Below, in pieces: positions 59,711-64,000 of a DNA stretch of 64,000 nt. The DNA is taken from positions 6,040,413 through 6,104,412 of the forward strand of contig BFEA01000018.1 of the NCBI GenBank assembly GCA_003427395.1, written 5' to 3'. The notes under the pieces were generated by a model. That model saw only the letters and a program-made list of their open reading frames with translations, did not search any database and was not told the DNA's origin. The stretch's first letter is position 1; the number at the start of each line of letters is the position of its first letter. Source of the DNA: Chara braunii (lineage: Eukaryota; Plantae; Charophyceae). The translations under genes and the position numbers were made by a program.

Positions 59711-60465
59711 GCAATCCAGCGTGGTCTCGTAGTGCATCTGTTTTGGCTACAGAAGAGGGTCATAGGTTGGAAATTAGAATCCTGTCACCTTGAGGCTTGA
59801 GGCAAATCAGAGTAAATTTTGAGTTGAAAATCGATCTATCTTTATCAGCGCATATTAATGTTTATAAGCCACAATTAACACTTAGTACTTTCATAGTCTT
59901 CGTAACACTTAGTACTTTCATAGTCTTCGTAGAATTTGTGGTGCTATGTTCACATGGCTTATGTTGATGATTTTGTGGTTTGTGTGTGTGTGGGGGGGGG
60001 GGGAGCATATTTTGACGATGAGGGGACAATTTTCAGATTTCTTGGGATAAATCATAAATATGCCTTGCGTACTGAGATGTGGTTCAGCCTAAATGCTTCA
60101 CCTGACAATCCTCCTTTTTGGGGGGCAGAAACTGTGGGTGTGGCACACTTTTAGTTTGAAATAGGGTAGGGAAGAAAAGACAAAAGTGGCACCGATGTCA
60201 TGGTGTGAGTTTCAAACTGTGCAAGTTTATCGGGGGTCGAAAAGACTAGAACAGTGCCAGTCGTTACCTGCAGTGGCTCTTGGCAGATTTAGGGGGGTCG
60301 GCGGGTCGCCTTTTTTGTTTGCTCCATTAAATTTCCAGAACTGCTAAAGTTGCCTATTGGGAAAGCCGGGTGTGACTCCAACGTACTTGCCCCTTTTTTT
60401 TTTTGTTTTCAACAGAAGGTTTCACTGGCTGAGCAGATTGCTTGTGAAGTTGTGAGGGCCAAAAG

Positions 60466-60862
60466 TACCTTTTCACCGAATGGTCATTGCAGCTGTATTT
60501 GGGGCAAATTTGATTCTAGATACAGCAATAAAGACCGTACGTACGTCGTATTCAGGTGAATGCCGTAGCACTGGCGTGCAGGGCCAGACACTTCAGTCTG
60601 CGCCCACTACCAGGTACCGTGTCGTAGACTTTGCCTGCCTGCTATGTCTTCCCCTGAACATAACACGTATAGGTTGTAAACGAATACAACACATACCTGG
60701 TTGCTTTCTATTCGAATACAACATCATGATGTGTATGCGGTCTATTCGAACAGCTGGTGGACTCGGATACAACGCTAATGCATTCTATTCGAAGCATCGA
60801 TTTTTTTTTTTGAAAACTCAAAACTCGAGTACAACACATACGCGTTATGTTCGGGGGAAGTA
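60466..60862. mobile_element. Two further MITE copies of the same TA family (60466-60567, 60643-60862)
   Basis: Related TIRs and palindromic bodies. Confidence 0.65.
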
Positions 60863-61190
60863 GGGTTCGACCGATATCACCTCCTTCCCGTCTGCTGACT
60901 GCGTACACAACCAGTGCTGTGTGCCTATTGCTAGGCTGCTGCTATAAATAAAGGTACTACGATCCGTCCATCCCTTTTGAAAATCCAGAGATTCGAATGG
61001 TTGGCCACAGCCACTGTACTATGCTCTCATCTTTTTCTTTTTCATGAACAATCGAGTCTGCTGTGCGCTTCACCATACATGTTGGACTTAGCTTCTCAGG
61101 TTTTCAATGTATGCTGCTAAGTACGTCTGTGATCGATATGTAAATACAGAGGTGGTGTTGCTTCGTGCCTTCCTTGCCATTTCTGGGTCT

Positions 61191-61225
<35 letters not shown>

Positions 61226-61271
61226 AACTTTTTGGTCTCATCTCACTTTCTCTTTTTTTTTTTTTTTTTTT

Positions 61272-61307
<36 letters not shown>

Positions 61308-62525
61308 CGGTTAATGTCCCTGCTTATATTCCTGAAATTGGAGACATAACTTACGAGAACACTCAGTAGTTTTAGTACGTGCTGGAAGAGTCAAAGATTC
61401 GCAAGGGGTACGATATCATATAATAAGCGGTACTCTAGATACAAACAATAGGAGTAAAAGATCGTTATCAAGGTCGACATCATAATAAGAGGTACTCTAG
61501 ATACAATAAGAGGTACGATATCATGTAATAAGAGGTACTCTAGATACAATATGGAACTAAACGATCTACTCATCACCCAGCTGAGACTCCAATGAGTCCC
61601 ATCTATTGGTGGGGATCGGGGAGTAACACCGGCTGGAAACCGGGTCCGGAGTCCCTTAGACAGAATATCGGGATTCAAAACATTACAATTTGTTCAGAGC
61701 CAGTGGGACAGAACCGCCTCTTAAGCCGTCTACAGACCGCCATATAGAACATGAATACCTAGCAATTCTATCCCTTTATGAAGATTCACCCCTGATTGTT
61801 CACCCCCCGGACCACCAAACAAGTGCACTGCCACCAAAGGAAACTCAGAGGGAGCCTCAGGGAACAAGTCGCGGGGAAACATGCAGCATCTCTGAAAAAG
61901 TACCCCGGCTATCCCACCTATACCAAATAAATTAGGAGGTGTTGCTGCAATAGGTCTCGTCTTTGGTTCACTCCTTGCTTTACCTTTTATTAACACGTCA
62001 TATCTACGAAGTTCGACTTCGAGCGCCGTTCATCAAAAACGTTTTGGGTTACTTGTGGCAGATTGTTTACTATTAGGCTGGATTGGATGTCAACCTGTGG
62101 AAGCACCCTCTTATCAGCATCCCCAGCAAATCCTCGGGGGTTTCTTCAAAAAAAAAAAAAAAAAAAAAAACTGTGGAGGCACTCCCAAGAAGGCACTTCA
62201 AAAAACTGTTAACTCGCACTCTGTGTGTGATCTGTTTCAGGACTTAACATGTTTTGCATCTTTGGACCACATCTCATCGGGTTGTGTTATGAGGCTCTGT
62301 GTTAAGAAAATGGCAACTTCGAGTTTTCATAATTGCCCAGTGTGACTACCAGGAAGGTCTCACATTTAACTTAGTGTACAAAGTGCTACGAACTGCTTTT
62401 GCCGCTCCTTTGACCCATGGAACCACACTTCCAACCCCTCCCTACCCCTCAAACTCCCTCAAATGATGCTTCCTCTCTGACTCTGGATCCTCCATGATCT
62501 GACTAAGTCTTTTGTTCTGTGACAG

Positions 62526-62610
62526 CATGCGAAACTTCAGAAAGGGAGCCATCGCCAACTCCATCAGAGATTGAAAGAGGAGAAGAGATTCTTGCTGATG
62601 TTGAATACCA
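62526..62610 (+). CDS. Candidate coding exon
   Basis: tgtgacAG acceptor, CA|GTGAG donor, open frame CETSEREPSPTPSEIERGEEILADVEY. Confidence 0.35.
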
Positions 62611-62826
62611 GTGAGTTTTGGGAATGGGTGCTCTCTGCTCATGTGTGTTGGGTCGTGTGAACAATTTCAGCAAAAAAAAAAAAAAAAAAAAACACAAACC
62701 AAAAACTTGAGGCAAAGTATAGAAAAAAGAATACCATCATAAATGTGGTCCCCACCTGTGCATGCCAAACTCTTGTGCAAACCACATCACCAATGATTCT
62801 GTATGACAGTGCGAGGACAAATGAAC

Positions 62827-62942
62827 TACCGTCTTCACCTGAATAGAACGCCCAGTCATTATTACTGCATGTGGACTGAAAGTTGGCCCAAATGCAGCTA
62901 TAATTACCGGGCGACGGGCGTTTTATCCGGGTGAAGACGGTG
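62827..62942. mobile_element. TA-family MITE
   Basis: TA|ccgtcttcacctgaatagaacgccc ... gggcgttttatccgggtgaagacgg|TG. Confidence 0.75.
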
Positions 62943-63831
62943 GCATGTCACAAACTAGCGAAAGAAATGCTTAGTACAGAAGCAAGGACTGGATATCAAA
63001 GAAATGCTTAGTACAGAAGCAAGGACTGGATATCAAAGATAGAGGAGGTGGGACTGAAAGGAGGACTATTAATATAATAACTTGTCGATTTGGATTTGCA
63101 ACCATAATCATAATCAGGACAAAATCAAATTCTTTCAAACCCTTAACAAGGATGACACCCCCAAAAGGAACAGGATGAGCCCTTGTCACAGACATATAAT
63201 CTCTATGAGGGTTTGGAATGCGATTCAAGACCCCTCAGAGTCTATGGAATATGCCTCCGATGCTGCAGAATCTAGCCATGTAACAGCGAATGAGCAATGG
63301 CTAGAATTCACCAGTCAGGAAAACGTTTTATGACCCGCGTTGCATCCTATACCCCCATGAACAGGTCGTCACTGAACGACCAGTGAAGGATGGCATTCCA
63401 AGGGCCCATGTATGAGATGTTTTGAGGGTGGAGATATGAGGCAACTATGCGAGGGATCGAGCTGGAGAGCCATCTGCACGTCCCTAGTTAAAAAGTGTGT
63501 TGGTGCCAGCATAAGGCCATCCTAGGGTGGCCAGTGGATGATGGATTTGAGTTGTAATCAGTGACCGTAATGGAAGTATTTTGCTGTGGGGGGTAGAAGG
63601 GGAAAGAGGGGTTGGAAGGGGGATCTGAAAAGCCTGTGGTTGAAAAGGTCGTAACGAGAGACTACTTAGTTGGCCAAGTGGCAGATCTTGACAATGTAGG
63701 TTAGCCTGTTTGCAACTGGGGACAAGTGCCCTGTGGGTCCCTTGAATAGTGCAAAGCCGACCACGGTGCCAAGCACAGTGCCTAAATGCAGCTCCCCGCT
63801 GATAGAAAGGAGCCATCAATAATTTACATAT

Positions 63832-64000
63832 TGTCACAGCCCCTTGTTTGTTGTCCTCTTCTCCCTATCTGCCTGCCTACGGTTTACCGGGCAGTTCTAT
63901 TTGACGATATATACTACGACTTCGCTAGCTTCCTGCTACGGTTTTCTCCGGTCAGGTCGAGCGGCAGTGGTCGGGGCCGTCACTACGCGGCCATGCTGTG
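63832..64000 (+). repeat. LTR-like repeat start, runs off the window
   Basis: Same TGTCACAGCCCC...GGTTTACCGGGCAGTTCT start as 46156. Confidence 0.55.

Overview
This is eukaryotic, repeat-dominated nuclear DNA. The mix of mobile elements, plant-type U6/U2 and mitochondrial tatC/nad9/tRNAs suggests a streptophyte alga such as Chara; that is inference. Retroelements: a Ty3/gypsy RT relic (1-1150), a Penelope-like element with N-terminal GIY-YIG and direct pseudo-LTRs (1616-6911), and two decayed but near-complete L1/Tx1-like LINEs (about 25.7-33.4 kb on +, 33.8-41.6 kb on -) with a short LINE 3' end between them. Captured cellular sequence: mitochondrial insertions, degenerate nuclear 18S/28S rRNA pieces, and four U6 plus two U2 snRNA retrocopies. 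Short elements: tRNA-derived SINEs and several MITE families. There is also a probable multi-exon gene starting with an AP2 domain (51.7 kb onward) and a Nextera adapter artefact at 7998-8035. The most notable signals are: two related type III hammerhead ribozymes (10720-10770 on -, 46101-46156 on +); a full-length LINE with a twin-priming 5' inversion; a 32-nt structured motif conserved in the 3' UTRs of three divergent LINEs; and a conserved ORF1 C-terminal domain that resembles a catalytically dead Nudix fold.
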